Shown: piece after piece, positions 1 through 11,376 of the stretch
Position numbering within the stretch: position 1 is the first letter of the stretch
Layout of the letters: every line of letters begins with the position of its first letter
Assembly (NCBI GenBank): GCA_036785375.1
Contig: JAWMAR010000079.1
Coordinates: forward strand, 5,022,001-5,086,000
Length of the DNA stretch: 64,000 bases
Origin: Leucoraja ocellata
Taxonomy: Eukaryota
Direction of reading: 5' to 3'
Made by a program: the position numbers and the translations under genes
The notes under the pieces: model-generated
Databases searched by the model: none
What the model was told of the DNA's origin: nothing
The model's input: the letters and a program-made list of their open reading frames with translations, nothing else

Positions 1-492
1 ATTAACTTGGATAATCAAACTTTGCGCATCTTTCCAGCACAGCACATAACTGCACGCTTGTGATTTGATCTCATCAGCTAGCAATAATTCAAGAATGTCC
101 TCTGTGAAACGGAGTAATTGCTGACTCCATTTGAGAATTCTCCTCGTTTCATTGGGGTTAATTGAATACTTTTCATTCTGTTAGCCAGATCCCGATGGCT
201 GCCTGAGGGTGTTTTGTTCCGTTCCTCAGTATCACGTGACATATGTGTCTAATACCACCACCTAGTGCGCGAATTATTTAGCTATTTTACAGCCATAACT
301 TCCCAAACCTGCACCAGATTTACTGGCAAATGTGGCATTCGTCCTTCCTTGCAGAAAATATTCCCATGATTGCACCTAAGAAGCAATAGTGATTGTTCTT
401 TATTTTGTTCAAATTAATTTGATGTGTAAAGGAGGGAAATTATTTAATATATGTTGTAAATTTTATCTGAATGAGAATTTTTTCTCTTTTAG

Positions 493-810
493 GTTCCTGA
501 CAAACTCATGTGGCATCAATGCTTAGAAGTTTCAAAGCAATATATTATCACAAAAGTCTTCATTTCCAGCATCCAAGGCACCAATTATAAGGTGTTTGTA
601 GTGTCGTCATCCTCCGACTTCTATAATTATAACGAGGGAATTGTGAAAGAACAAACATTGGCAGAATTTATGCAGGCTACAAGTACAAGTCTGGTGCCAC
701 TTCCTCCCAATGAAGGATCTTTTCAGAGGAGACCGTCAATGAGCCAGTCACCTGAAAGCACCATGGAAGAGGTTCTTGAGAGCAAAGAATCTAAAATAAT
801 ATCGTACCAT
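493..810 (+). CDS. CTC1: CTC1 coding exon 1 of 19 in window (VPDKLMWHQC...ESKIISYH)
   Basis: tttttAG acceptor at 491-492, GTGAGT donor at 811; 318 nt, phase 0-0. Ends in SKIISYH, matching the human CTC1 'LLSYS|GAVTGVL' junction. The 5' exons lie upstream of the window. Confidence 0.9.
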
Positions 811-2096
811 GTGAGTATTCTATGCATGGGGATAATATTACATTTATAGAGGTCTGAAAGTAAACCTTTCTGGGTCACCTTGAAGTTTCCTTCCGCATGA
901 TCTCTTGTACGGTTTGACTTTGAAGGCATACATTTAAGGTGAGTGGGGAAAGATTTAATGGGAAGATGAAGGGTAACTGTTTCATGGAACGAGCTGCCAA
1001 AGTAGTTGAAGCGGGTTCAGTTTGGACTGGTACATGAATGGAGTAGGTTTAGATGTAGATACAAGACAAAAGTGGGGGGAAAGGGGACTAGCTGAGGTGG
1101 GGTAACTTGGTCGGCATGGACGAGTTGGGCCACTGGGCCTGTTTCCGCGCTGTACCACTCTGAGGAGCCTCTTTTGTTCGTTTAAAAGACGTTTGTGGAT
1201 CCACTTGCAGTTTTCCTCACTGTTTTCCCCGAGTTAAGGGAAAATTACGCCTTGAATGTTGGCCATTTTATCATTGCCTATGCAATGTTACTTGGTGTTC
1301 ACCAGTCACAAGGTGAGAATTTAAAGTTGAATTGAGTGAGCAAAATGTTTTCAGAAAAAAATGATCCTGATTTTTCTGTTTTATCCCATTCTCCTTTTCA
1401 TCTTCTGATCGTGACGTACTCTGGGGGTCTTCTACAAGTGGTTATCCATTATATTCACGTTATTCCCTTTATCATGTATCTATACACTGGATGGCTCGGT
1501 TGTAATATGTATTGTCTTTCCGCCCACCGGTTGCACGCAACAAAACCTTTTCACTGGACCTCTGTACACGTGACAATAAACAAAACTCAAACTCAACTAG
1601 TGTGAGCTTTGTTAGAAAGCTGGCAGGTTGTTGAACCATATGAAACATCACAGGGTGATTATTGCTGTTGTGGTCTGGTGTCCTTATGAGGGCACTTCAT
1701 AATAGAGATTTCTGGATAACTCTCTAGAATGAAAAAACAACCAGCTTTCCTTTCTAATTCAAGATGTGCTGAACCACGATCCATATCGTCCACCCAATTT
1801 CTGACCTTGCCAATCCTGAATGTAAGGTACTGGACAGAAGTTCATGACTGAGGGTGCCTTAACTTGTCAGATTCTTATGTTAAGCTCCATACAACATGCA
1901 ATCAACAAGGTCCAAAATAACTTTAACAGAGGGAATTATATTCAAAGAGGATTTTTTGCATAGATAGAGGCAAATTGCTGGAATAACTCAGTAGGTCAGG
2001 CAGTATCTATGGAGAAAAGGAATAGGCGAAGTTTTGGGTCAGAAGGCTTCTTCAGACTGAAAGTTAGAGAAGGGCAGAACAAAACAGGGCCGGCAA

Positions 2097-2260
2097 CAGA
2101 TGACCTCAGGAAGGGTGTAGTCCATAATGGCCCATTGTTGTCTGGGGAAGATGTGTGAACAACAGGAATACAAGGATACATCCTTGTATCCCTGTTGTTC
2201 ACACATCTTCCCCAGACAACAATGGGCCATTATGGACTACACCCTTCCTGAGGTCATCTG
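2097..2260. repeat. 164-bp near-perfect palindrome
   Basis: 81-bp arms (2097-2177 and 2180-2260), 2-nt spacer, one mismatch. Confidence 0.95.
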
Positions 2261-2449
2261 ATACATCCTTGTATCCCTGAGTTTGAGAATGTGCAAACTC
2301 CACACAGACAGCACCCAAGATCAGGATCTGATGCTGTGAGGCAGCAGCTCTATCAGCTACGTCACTGTGCCACCATCTTGGTATGACTTGAAAGATTGTT
2401 TGTGAACGATCGGCTAGTCAATTAATTGCATATTTCTTTTAAATTTCAG

Positions 2450-2578
2450 GGTGTGATAAGTAAAGTATTGAATTGTAGAGCAGGCCTTTATGAACTGGAT
2501 GGCAAATTGGGTCTCTGTGTAGCCTACCAGCAGTTAGTGAATTATGGACGAGGTTTACGTCCGGGAGCACAAGTGGAG
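2450..2578 (+). CDS. CTC1: CTC1 exon 2/19 (GVISKVLNCRAGLYELDGKLGLCVAYQQ...RPGAQVE)
   Basis: tttcAG acceptor, GTAAG donor; 129 nt. Near-identical to the diagnostic CTC1 motif AGLYELDGQLGLCLAYQ. Confidence 0.97.
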
Positions 2579-3749
2579 GTAAGAAAATCAACTTTTTAAC
2601 TTCTTTAATGTCTACATTTTCCTTGTGTTTTATAATGGACTCCTGTTTCATCTAGAAAGATTATTGGAGATGTTCTGCACCAAAGGCAGTATCTGCTGAT
2701 TGTCCAATATATCTCCAATTAGATCAAAGAATGATTGGAATTTTATTTCTGATCTGATCTAAACCTTTTGGTTTAAAGGAACGGCAGGTGCTGGTTTCTA
2801 CCGAGGATCGACACAACATGCATACTGGAGGTCGGGCATCATCTCTGGTGAAAATGGACAATGAGGGAACCCCTCAGACTGATGATGCCTGACCCACTGA
2901 GTTACTCCAGCATTTTGTGTCAACCTTCCAGTTTGTTGGTATAGTTTTACGTGTATAAGTGGAACTATAAAACAACCTTGTGTAAATGTGATAATTTAAT
3001 GTGCAAATTGCTGAAAGATGATTTACTGCTGGAAGTTCAACAGGACGTCTTAGGAAAAAAAAATCACAGTGCTGGAGTAACTCAGCGGGCCAAGCAGCTT
3101 CTCTGGAGAACATCGATGTGCAGCATTTTGGGTTGGGATCATTCTTCAGACTTCCTAGGGTCCAACATTTATTGTTTGCTCGGAACATGAGCTCTTTAGT
3201 ATGTTATTTTACACTGGAAGGGAAAGGAAGGGGAGCCATGTGTTTTTGTAAAACTGCTTTGAAGAGCACTTCAATCATAATTCAATCATTTTTGTTTCCT
3301 GAATATGCCTTGGTCATATTTCTCCAGGGATACTCGTGGGCATTGGTTGCTGACCAGCTGACAGAACATTGACACTGGTTTAATTTGTTTGTTTTCCATT
3401 GAGGATTGTGCCCTTGTGGCCTAGTCAGGAATTTGCAAAACTATGTTTGCTGACTTGGGACCAAGTGTTTTGAGTCAATTATGTTTTTCTCCCATTTTGC
3501 TCGTTTATAAGTATTAGAAATTTAAATACATGATAACACATAACAGTTCATGACCATTTCATTATGGTGTTGGTTGTATAACACTTGAATCATATTTCTG
3601 TGCATACGTCTTTTTTAATTAATTAAGAAGGAATGCAGATGCTGCTTTATGCCAAAGATGGATACAAAATGCTGGAGTATTTTATATCATTGGGAGGTGG
3701 ATTGGACATAGGGGTCTAAAGAAGGGTTATCACCTGAAAAACTTCACCT

Positions 3750-3984
3750 TGTAGCGGCACCTACTGGTGCCTTGGGGTAGTCGAACCCTCGGAGTGGCTA
3801 CCCCAGTCAAGTGGGCGCAGGGAGGTGGTTTTGCGTGCTTTTGATTGAACATCCATTCATTCTGAGCACCACCCTTGTGGTAGCAACATCGTTTATTTAG
3901 CCGTCTCACAGACTCGCGTTGTTCTTTATTTCACCGTTTGCAATAAAGTTTGTTAAATAAACTCACGGTCTCGACTCCGCTAAA
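3750..3984 (+). mobile_element. Solo LTR (Gypsy-like, 235 bp)
   Basis: Termini TGTAGCGG...CCGCTA(A)A, 4-bp TSD ACCT at 3746-3749 and 3985-3988, AATAAA at 3942. Splits a Penelope-derived repeat. Confidence 0.75.
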
Positions 3985-4167
3985 ACCTTTTCTCTTTTTC
4001 TCCAGAGATGCTCCCTGACCTGCTGATTTACTCCAGCATTTTGTGTCTATCTTTTCAAAAAAATATTTTTTCAGTAAAGTACAATTCAATATGGACTTTT
4101 GGTACCATATTCACTGCAAATGTAAAATAACCAACTGATCAAGTACAGTTCTGTCCACTGAACTTGG

Positions 4168-4312
4168 ATAGACAAAAAATGCTGGAGTAACTCAGTGGGA
4201 CAGGCAGCATCCCTGGGGACTGAAGAAGGGTCTCGACCTGAAGCGGCACCCATTCCTTCTCTCCATAGATGCTGCTTCACCTGCTGAGTTACTCCAGTAT
4301 TTTGTGTCTATC
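4168..4312. mobile_element. Penelope-derived fold-back repeat (representative copy)
   Basis: tgctggagtaactcag...ctgagttactccag inverted arms around ctgaagaagggtctcgacctgaa. Same family at about 1965, 2780, 3060, 3630, 9955, 12000, 12610, 26975, 31500, 33385, 33960, 35585, 36330, 42500, 45420, 46095, 46450, 47215, 48290, 52010 and 55283. Confidence 0.75.
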
Positions 4313-4641
4313 TATAGTTCCTTCCTACACTCTGAACCTGGATGGCATGTTGATAGTGTATAATATAATGCCATGACAAAATGCAGGTCACTGCAGTTGT
4401 GATATTACAGTCCAGTTACAAGATATGAAAGCACAATGAAGAACATTTAAACATTTTAGCTGAAACTAGGCTTTCAACCATCTATGCTCCCTTAACGAAC
4501 AGAACTTGATCAGAAGGGTTGACATGAACATCTTTTAAAGCTCCCAAACTGCAGTGTTCTGCTTTGTTCACTAATTGTCAGCAACTTGTCTGTACATTTG
4601 CCAACAACAGTGTTTTTGTTACAAGTGGATTATTTTTTCAG

Positions 4642-4868
4642 GTCTTTGACGCCCACGTGCATGTGAAGGTCTCAGACCATCTCCCACGCATCATGCTTTG
4701 CTGCTGTCTCAGGAGCATCTTGCAAATCACACAATTTTCTCGGCTGAGTACAGAATATCATCCTTTCTCTCCCAGCTGCAACATATATATCTACTTGCTG
4801 TTCAAGTATAACCTGGATCTGCCCAGTTACTTGTGGCTAGTGCACATTATAGACACATTTGTACAAAG
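4642..4868 (+). CDS. CTC1: CTC1 exon 3/19 (VFDAHVH...LDLPSYLWLVHIIDTFVQR)
   Basis: ttttttcAG acceptor, GTAAAA donor; 227 nt, phase 0-2. CCLRS and YLWL motifs resemble CTC1. Confidence 0.93.
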
Positions 4869-5169
4869 GTAAAACTTGGAACAAGTTTTTGTTGAATTGA
4901 ACAAATAAGCCTCCATCTGTGAGTGCATGCGTATAGATAAATTGGAGGTTAAGATATAGATAAATGGCAAATTGTATAGATAAATTGATATATAAATACA
5001 TAATTAAATGGATACACTGAGATAAATTGTGCAAATTAGGCTCTTTCCGCCATAGTTTATTAAATTTCCAATGCATAAATTTACTTCCTATAATTTTGTT
5101 CCTTGAAAGTTCTGATTTTAACCCTATTGTCGTTTGACTGTTGGATTTGGATGTGGAGAATGTACAGTC

Positions 5170-5580
5170 AGAGTCATGCAATGTGGAAACAGGCCCTATG
5201 AACCAACTTACCCAGACCGACCATCATGTCCCAACTACGCTCGTCCCACCTGCCTGCATTTGGCCCATATCCCTCTAAACCTGTGTGCATGTACTTGCCC
5301 AATTGTTTTATAAACATTGCAATAGTCACTGCCTCAACAACCTCCTCTGGCAGCTCACTTTGTGTGAAAATGTTACCCCTCAGATTCCTATTAAATCTTT
5401 TCCCTTTCACCTTAAACCTATGTCCTCTGGTCCTTGACTCCCCTACTCCGGGCAAAAAGCTCTGCATCTACCCGATCTAATCCTCTCATGATTTTATGCA
5501 TCCCTCTAAGATCACCTCTCATCATCCTGTGCTCCAAGGAAGTCCAAGCTTGCTCAACCTCTCCCTATAGCTCAGACCTA
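5170..5580 (-). mobile_element. CR1 LINE 3' fragment
   Basis: ESRTRGHRFKVKGKRFNRNLRGNIFTQ..ELPEEVVEA is the CR1 ORF2 C-terminus; (catgactct) tail. Confidence 0.88.
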
Positions 5581-6522
5581 ATGTATTGGTATAAAATTGA
5601 AGTATATTGCTTGCACTGGAAGTTGAGACTTTTTATTCATCTTTCAAATTGTAAGATAGTTTTAGTCACTGCTGTGACAGCTGCCAGTATGGCATCTGTG
5701 TATTCTGCTGCTGTCACATTCTTTTGTCAGTGTTCTCATACCTATCTACCCTCACTTCACTGTTTTCATGAACAAGGGACAGTATTCTTTCTCTAACTGG
5801 CCTGGTTGTCTGATGAGGTTGTTTATAGCACATCCCCGATACAGCTTTGGCCATGCCCTTTCTACCATCCATCCATCAAAGGAAATATTCCCTTTCTACC
5901 ATCCATCCATTTGTCCCTGCAACTTCATGCCAATTTATTTTCTCCACCGTTCTGACCAAGAGTCTGAAACCTGAAACTTTCATTCAGTTTCTTGCTCCAC
6001 AAACGTTGCCTGAAATGCTGACATGTTTCCAGCATTTTGTTTTTATCTCTAAATTTGGTGCATATCCAATAACAATGTATTCTTTGTTCCCCCGCTAGAC
6101 TTGTGAACACATCCAAGTAGTTGCATGACTAGTGGAGCAGAATTAATACATTCTGGCTTTGGATATGTACCAATATTTAAAAACACAAACAGAAAATGGT
6201 GGAAGCACTCGGCATGACAGACAGCATCTTGTTCTTAACCAACATATTTTACTTCGCTGTCTAAATAATGTTTCTCTCCTTCTTTCGGTGTTTTCCAAAT
6301 GTTTGTAAATCCGTGCTTCTCACAAAGATTAGTTTTGTGTAAACCAGATCACTTCATTGTTATATTTAACTTTTATACTTTTGCAAAAACAGTAAGATCT
6401 TTCTTTGCTTCCCCATTATCCATTTTGTTTGATGAAAGCATGTTAATTAAAGGCAGAAATGAAAATAAATCTGTTACCATACATTGGTGTACACAGTCAC
6501 TTTGTTTTGTTCTATACTGTAG

Positions 6523-6697
6523 ATTTTGCCCTTGCTATACTTCACAGCAGCACATGTTAAAGTGTGGAACCAATGCTGGCATCATTGGAACATTGTTTAA
6601 CTGTATTCTTGACTGTACGAAGTGGAATTCACCTCGACCAACAAGGGACATATACCAGGAGATACTGGCGGAGATGCATAAGTGTCCTGTTATGGAG
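6523..6697 (+). CDS. CTC1: CTC1 exon 4/19 (FCPCY...RDIYQEILAEMHKCPVME)
   Basis: ctgtAG acceptor, GTAGTT donor; 175 nt, phase 2-0. Matches human RNAHNEILEEPHHCPLQ. Confidence 0.93.
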
Positions 6698-8263
6698 GTA
6701 GTTCTGCACTGTTTTGTCGGGTTGCTGTATGCTGTTTATGTAACGTCTTTGAACTTGGGGACAATGCAGCACAAAAACAAACCCTTAGGGCCCACAATGT
6801 CTATGCTGAAGATCATGCCAAGAATAACTCCCATCTGTTTGCATGTAATTTATATCCCTGGATCATTGATACTTTTTGAACAATGATTTCTGTGTTTCTG
6901 ATCATTTCCTCTCTCTCCTATCGACTACACCCCAACCATGCCAACCCGACCGCATTCTTCATTTTCCTCCGCTAACATGATTTAACATAGTGGTTGGTTC
7001 CATGGGTCATAATAGCTCTTTAATACTGTACTGCTTTGATTGCTCTTGGCCATGCATCTTGGTTAAGCAAGCTCATAAGAACTGAGACCAGACCTGTTGT
7101 CTTTTAGATAAACTAGAATTCCCAGATACAGACATGCTGCTAATCCTCAACTTCATCAGTTGCACATTGAAGGAATTGATCTTGTGTGAGCTGCATTTGT
7201 AAAGAGTAACTTTGTAGAATTTGAATCTGTTTCAGCAAAAGCTGTTTGGTATTTTTTGATTATTTTCTTCCTTCAGTACTTGCCACAGTTTAGACATGTG
7301 TTTGTTTATTCAATGGATTTGAAACAAAGGGATGACAATTTTAAATTGAGATATTGAAATACCAGGAAAAATTGCGCCTGCCTCCATCTCTTTAATCTCC
7401 TCATGCCCTCGTTTAATCAGTTCCCGCACTCTCTGCCGTTGACCGGTCTCACCTTTGATTCTGCCCTATTCCTTCACCTGCCTGAACCTGTCCCTTATAC
7501 CTTCACACATCTTGATTCCTTTTCTGGAGTTTTGATCCTAAAGCGTTCCACCTCCCCTCTTCTCCAAGAATATCCTTAAAACGTATCTCCCTGCAGCTTC
7601 TTCCATGATATGCACCTCCTGAAATGTTCCTGTTTACTGCATGATAAATTCTGGTCATATCCTGTACAGGATATTGAGCTAATCGGTGATTTCCTTCTGC
7701 AGATAATTTATTAGCATTTACCAAGCCTTGTTTTTGGAAGTTCTGTTTGAGATTTCCATTTTTGATCACGATTAAATGATCCCAGATCTTTCTAAACTCT
7801 TGCCCCTGCTTTCAAATAGAAAATAGGTGCAGGGGGAGGCCATTCGGCCCTTCAAGCCAGCACTACCATTCATTGTGATCATGGCTGATCGTCCCCAATC
7901 AATAACCCGAACGAAATGGTTTTGACCTGCTCTACACTTTTATCTGTTCCCATATCTAACTACCTCCATACCATTGAGTATCTCCACCCGCCTCCATTCA
8001 CCTGCTGCAGAAAACTGTTCTACTGTTTAATTCCCTTGGTTTCCAGATCAGACCTTCATTGCTGCCCTACATGCCAGGAGGCATAATAGCCTCCTGGCAC
8101 TAGTGGCCCTAGTGAGACCACACCTGGAGATTCACTAGATAAAAGCTGTCCAGGCTGACTTGCACACCAGTCTGCATCCCCTAACCCTAATACTAAAGGA
8201 CCTGCTGTGTCTCTGATATTTTCAATATCCGTGTCTGATTTCCAGACTTTATTGAATGGTGTT

Positions 8264-8856
8264 CATAAGGTCATAAGTGATAGGCGCAGAATTTGGTCAT
8301 TCAGACCATCGAGTCTACTCCACCATTCTATCATGGATGTTCCATCTCTTCTTCCCAACTACATCCTTGGTTCTTGGTTTCTTGGCACTCCAAAATATTC
8401 CAAATGGAATTTAAAATGGAGGTGATTCTCCTGCCTTATCCCCATAACCCTTTACTTTTCTTTTTCATCGGTTGGAGCTGCATACTAAATCTCGTTGCAC
8501 TGGCGTGCAATGACAATAAAATATATTATTATTATTATTATTATTATTGAAACCCATACTAATCAATAATCTATTTACCTCTGCCTTAAAAATATCAATT
8601 GACTTGACCTCCACAGCGTTCTGTGGCAAAGAATTCCACAGTTTCACCGCTGACTAAAGAAATTCCTCCTCATCTCCTTCCTAAAGAACGTCCTTTAATT
8701 CTGAGGCTATGACCCCTGGTCTTAGACTCTCTCACTAGTGGAAACATCCCCTCCACATCCACTCTATCCAAGTCTTTCACTATTTGGGAGGTTTTGATAA
8801 GTTTCCCCCCTCATCTTTCTAAACTCCAGCGAGTACAGGCCCAGTGCTGTCAAACG
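8264..8856 (-). mobile_element. CR1 LINE 3' fragment, interrupted by a (TAT)n-tailed insert at about 8462-8548
   Basis: LWNSLPQNAVEVKSIDIFKAEVNRLLI and ESKTRGHSLRIKGRS motifs. Confidence 0.8.
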
Positions 8857-8978
8857 CCTGTTGTGCTCGCAGCGCTCCACCACACGTTCACAGTGCCGTT
8901 AGCACATTACCTTTCCTTCTGTAGTTTTTGCTCAATGTGTTTTGAACAATCTGTGATAATCATTTCATTTTTCTCCAG

Positions 8979-9179
8979 ATCTCACGTCTGAATATTCCAT
9001 GCCAGATGCCAACTTTGGCAGAACTGTTATCCATGGCTGAAGAACAAGCGTGGAACTCTCTCGACTTGTCCTCCTTGTTGCCAGATAATGAGATAAGACA
9101 CTTGGTAGCTTCGCAGCTTAATAGTAAGCTTGCCTGGTCGTTTGATGTTTTAGGACCTGAAGATTTCCAACCCCAAATG
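8979..9179 (+). CDS. CTC1: CTC1 exon 5/19 (ISRLNIPCQMPTL...QLNSKLAWSFDVLGPEDFQPQM)
   Basis: ttctccAG acceptor, GTACTT donor; 201 nt, phase 0-0. Matches human QLNRRLAWSW. Confidence 0.95.
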
Positions 9180-9269
9180 GTACTTTTATGTTTAATTGAT
9201 ATTAATGTTACTTGTGCCTTATTCTGATGATTTGCATTAATAGTTTGATACATTTTCAAAGTCAGCTCA

Positions 9270-9790
9270 AATTAGTTTATTGTCGCGTGTACCGAGGTAC
9301 AGTGAAAAGCTTTTGTTGTGTGCTAATCAGTCAGCAAAAAAATATATGGTTACAATCAAGCCATTTACAGTGTACAGATACATGATAAGGTGGTGCAAGT
9401 TAAAGCTAGTAAAGATAGTCGGAGGGTCACCAATGAGGTAGATAGCAGTTCAGGACTGCTCTCTAGTTGTGATAGGATAATTCAGCTGCCCGATAACAGC
9501 TGGGAAGAATCTGTCCCTGAATCTGGAGATGTGCGTTTTTACATTTCTATACCTTTTGCCCGATGGGAGAGGAGCGAAGAGGGAGTGGCCAGGATGCGAC
9601 TCATCCTTGATTATGCTGCTGGCTTTGCCAAGGCAGCTTGAGGTATAAATGAAAGGGAGGTTGGTTTGTGTGATGGTCTGGGCTGCGTCCACAATTCGCT
9701 GCAATTACTTGCGGTCTTGGATGGAGCTGTTCCCAAGCCAAGCTGCGGTGCATCCCGATAAAATGCTTTTTATGGGACGTCTGTAGAAGC
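9270..9790 (-). mobile_element. Rex1/Babar-like LINE 3' fragment
   Basis: Minus-strand peptide LQRIVDAAQTIT...KASSIIKDESHPGHSLFAPLPSGKRYR...RFFPAVI (DUF1891-type RT C-terminus) plus a gacaataaa tail. Confidence 0.8.
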
Positions 9791-10018
9791 GCAAAAGAAC
9801 AGTACTAAAGAAGCTAAACACAGCGTCTGTCTGGTATCTCATCTGCCACCAAAAATGTTTATTGTCTCCACCATTGGCATAACAATATATTGCACCTCAA
9901 CAAAATGCCCTGAAACAACCGCCTTGTCTACTCAACAATACCCCTTCAATTCATGTGTAGGAATGAACTGCAGATGCTGGTTTAAACTGAAGATAGACAC
10001 AAAAAAGCTGGAGTAACT

Positions 10019-10463
10019 GGAAAAGACTGCAAAAAGTTCTAAACACTGCCCAGTCCATCATCGGCTCTGACCTCCCTACTATCGAGGGGATCTACCACAG
10101 TCGCTGCCTCAAAAAGGCTGGCAGCATCATCAAGGACCCACACCATCCTGGCCACACACTCTTCTCTCCGCTGCCTTCATGTAGAAGGTACAGGAGCCTG
10201 AAATCTGCAACATCCAGGTTCAGGAACAGCTGCTTCCCCACAGACATCAGACTATTAAACTCAACTCAAACAAAAATCTGAACGTTAATAGCCTATTGCA
10301 CTTTATATGCTTATTTATGTGTGTGTGTATATATATATTCAATGGTATAAGGACACACTGATCCGTTCTGTATTTATTTATGCCTACTATAATCTGTTGT
10401 GCTGAAACAATGCAAGAATGTCATTGTCCTATCTGGGACACATGACAATAAACTCTTGAATCT
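10019..10463 (+). mobile_element. Rex1/Babar-like LINE 3' fragment nested in a Penelope-derived repeat
   Basis: KAGSIIKDPHHPGHTLFSPLPSCRRYRSL motif; gacaataaa tail; TAACT duplication at 10014-10018 and 10464-10468. Confidence 0.82.
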
Positions 10464-10539
10464 TAACTCAGCTGGTCAGACAGCATCTCTAGGGAATAGG
10501 AATAGGTGACGTTTCAGCTCAAGACCCTTGGTGACCTTG

Positions 10540-10650
10540 GTAGAAATATAAATCTATATTTATATCTCTTGATAGAAACATAAACCTATATGTATATTTG
10601 GTGGAAATCTTGGTAGTAATACAAATACAAATCTTTCGGTAGAATCTTAC
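10540..10650. repeat. Degenerate tandem repeat (unit about 30 bp)
   Basis: ggtagaaatataaatctatattta / gatagaaacataaacctatatgta / ggtggaaatc variants. Confidence 0.5.
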
Positions 10651-11092
10651 TTGAAATTTAAACTTGCAGTAGCTTATTTTTGTCACAGGGTGGCTCTGAA
10701 GTGAATTCCTCTGGCTTTGTTACAGAGCTGGATTCACCAGAAATCCAAATCATGTGCTTGTTTGGTGTGCAGTGATTGAATTGAGTACAAAGCTGTCACG
10801 TGCCTCTATAGAGCTTTGTAATGGCTGGCGGACTGGCACCAAATTCTGCAGGGAAAACAAAATGTAATCCTAGTGGAAATAATAGCCTGTAGAAATGTTT
10901 AATAGAGGAAAGTAAGAAATAGAAGTATGATTAGATCATGTGTTGCTTTGAACCTACTCATTCACTCGGATTTTAATGGTCTTTCTCAGTGCTATTTTCT
11001 TGCACTAATGCCATATCCCTTGAAACCAGACTACCCTTATTATCCAGAATAAATCAATCCTTGTTTTGAAAGAACTATCAGTCTCCACAACC

Positions 11093-11376
11093 GGACGACA
11101 TCCGTGACAGCGGTACAGTTGCTGCCTCACCGCCAGAGACTCGGGTTCGATCCTACGCACGGCTGCTGTCTGTGCAGAGTTTGCAAGTTCTCCCCATGAC
11201 CGCGTGGGTTTCCCCCGTGTGCTCCGGTTTCTTCCCACACTCCAAAAACGCTCAGGCTTGTAGATTAATTGGCTTCTGTAAAATGTCCCTAGTGTGTAGG
11301 ATAGAACTAGATAGGTGGTCAGCATGGACTCGCTGGGCTGAAGGGCCTGCTCCCATGCTCTATCTCTAAACTAAAC
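11093..11376 (+). mobile_element. tRNA-derived V-type (HE1-like) SINE
   Basis: B-box ggttcgatcc, central tgcagagtttgcaagttctcccc..ggtttcttcccacactccaaa, CR1-like tail (taaac)n. Confidence 0.85.

Noticed and set aside
4930-5030. Repeated atagataaattg units
   Set aside because: Low-complexity decayed microsatellite with no evident function.
8072-8099. 11-bp perfect hairpin
   Set aside because: Sits next to a small CR1 scrap; likely a repair or insertion scar with no other support.
8179-8190. CCCTAACCCTAA telomeric repeat within a telomere gene
   Set aside because: Only two units; expected by chance.
11093-11165. tRNA-like A/B boxes
   Set aside because: These are SINE heads continuing into the V-SINE core and tail, not cloverleaf tRNA genes.
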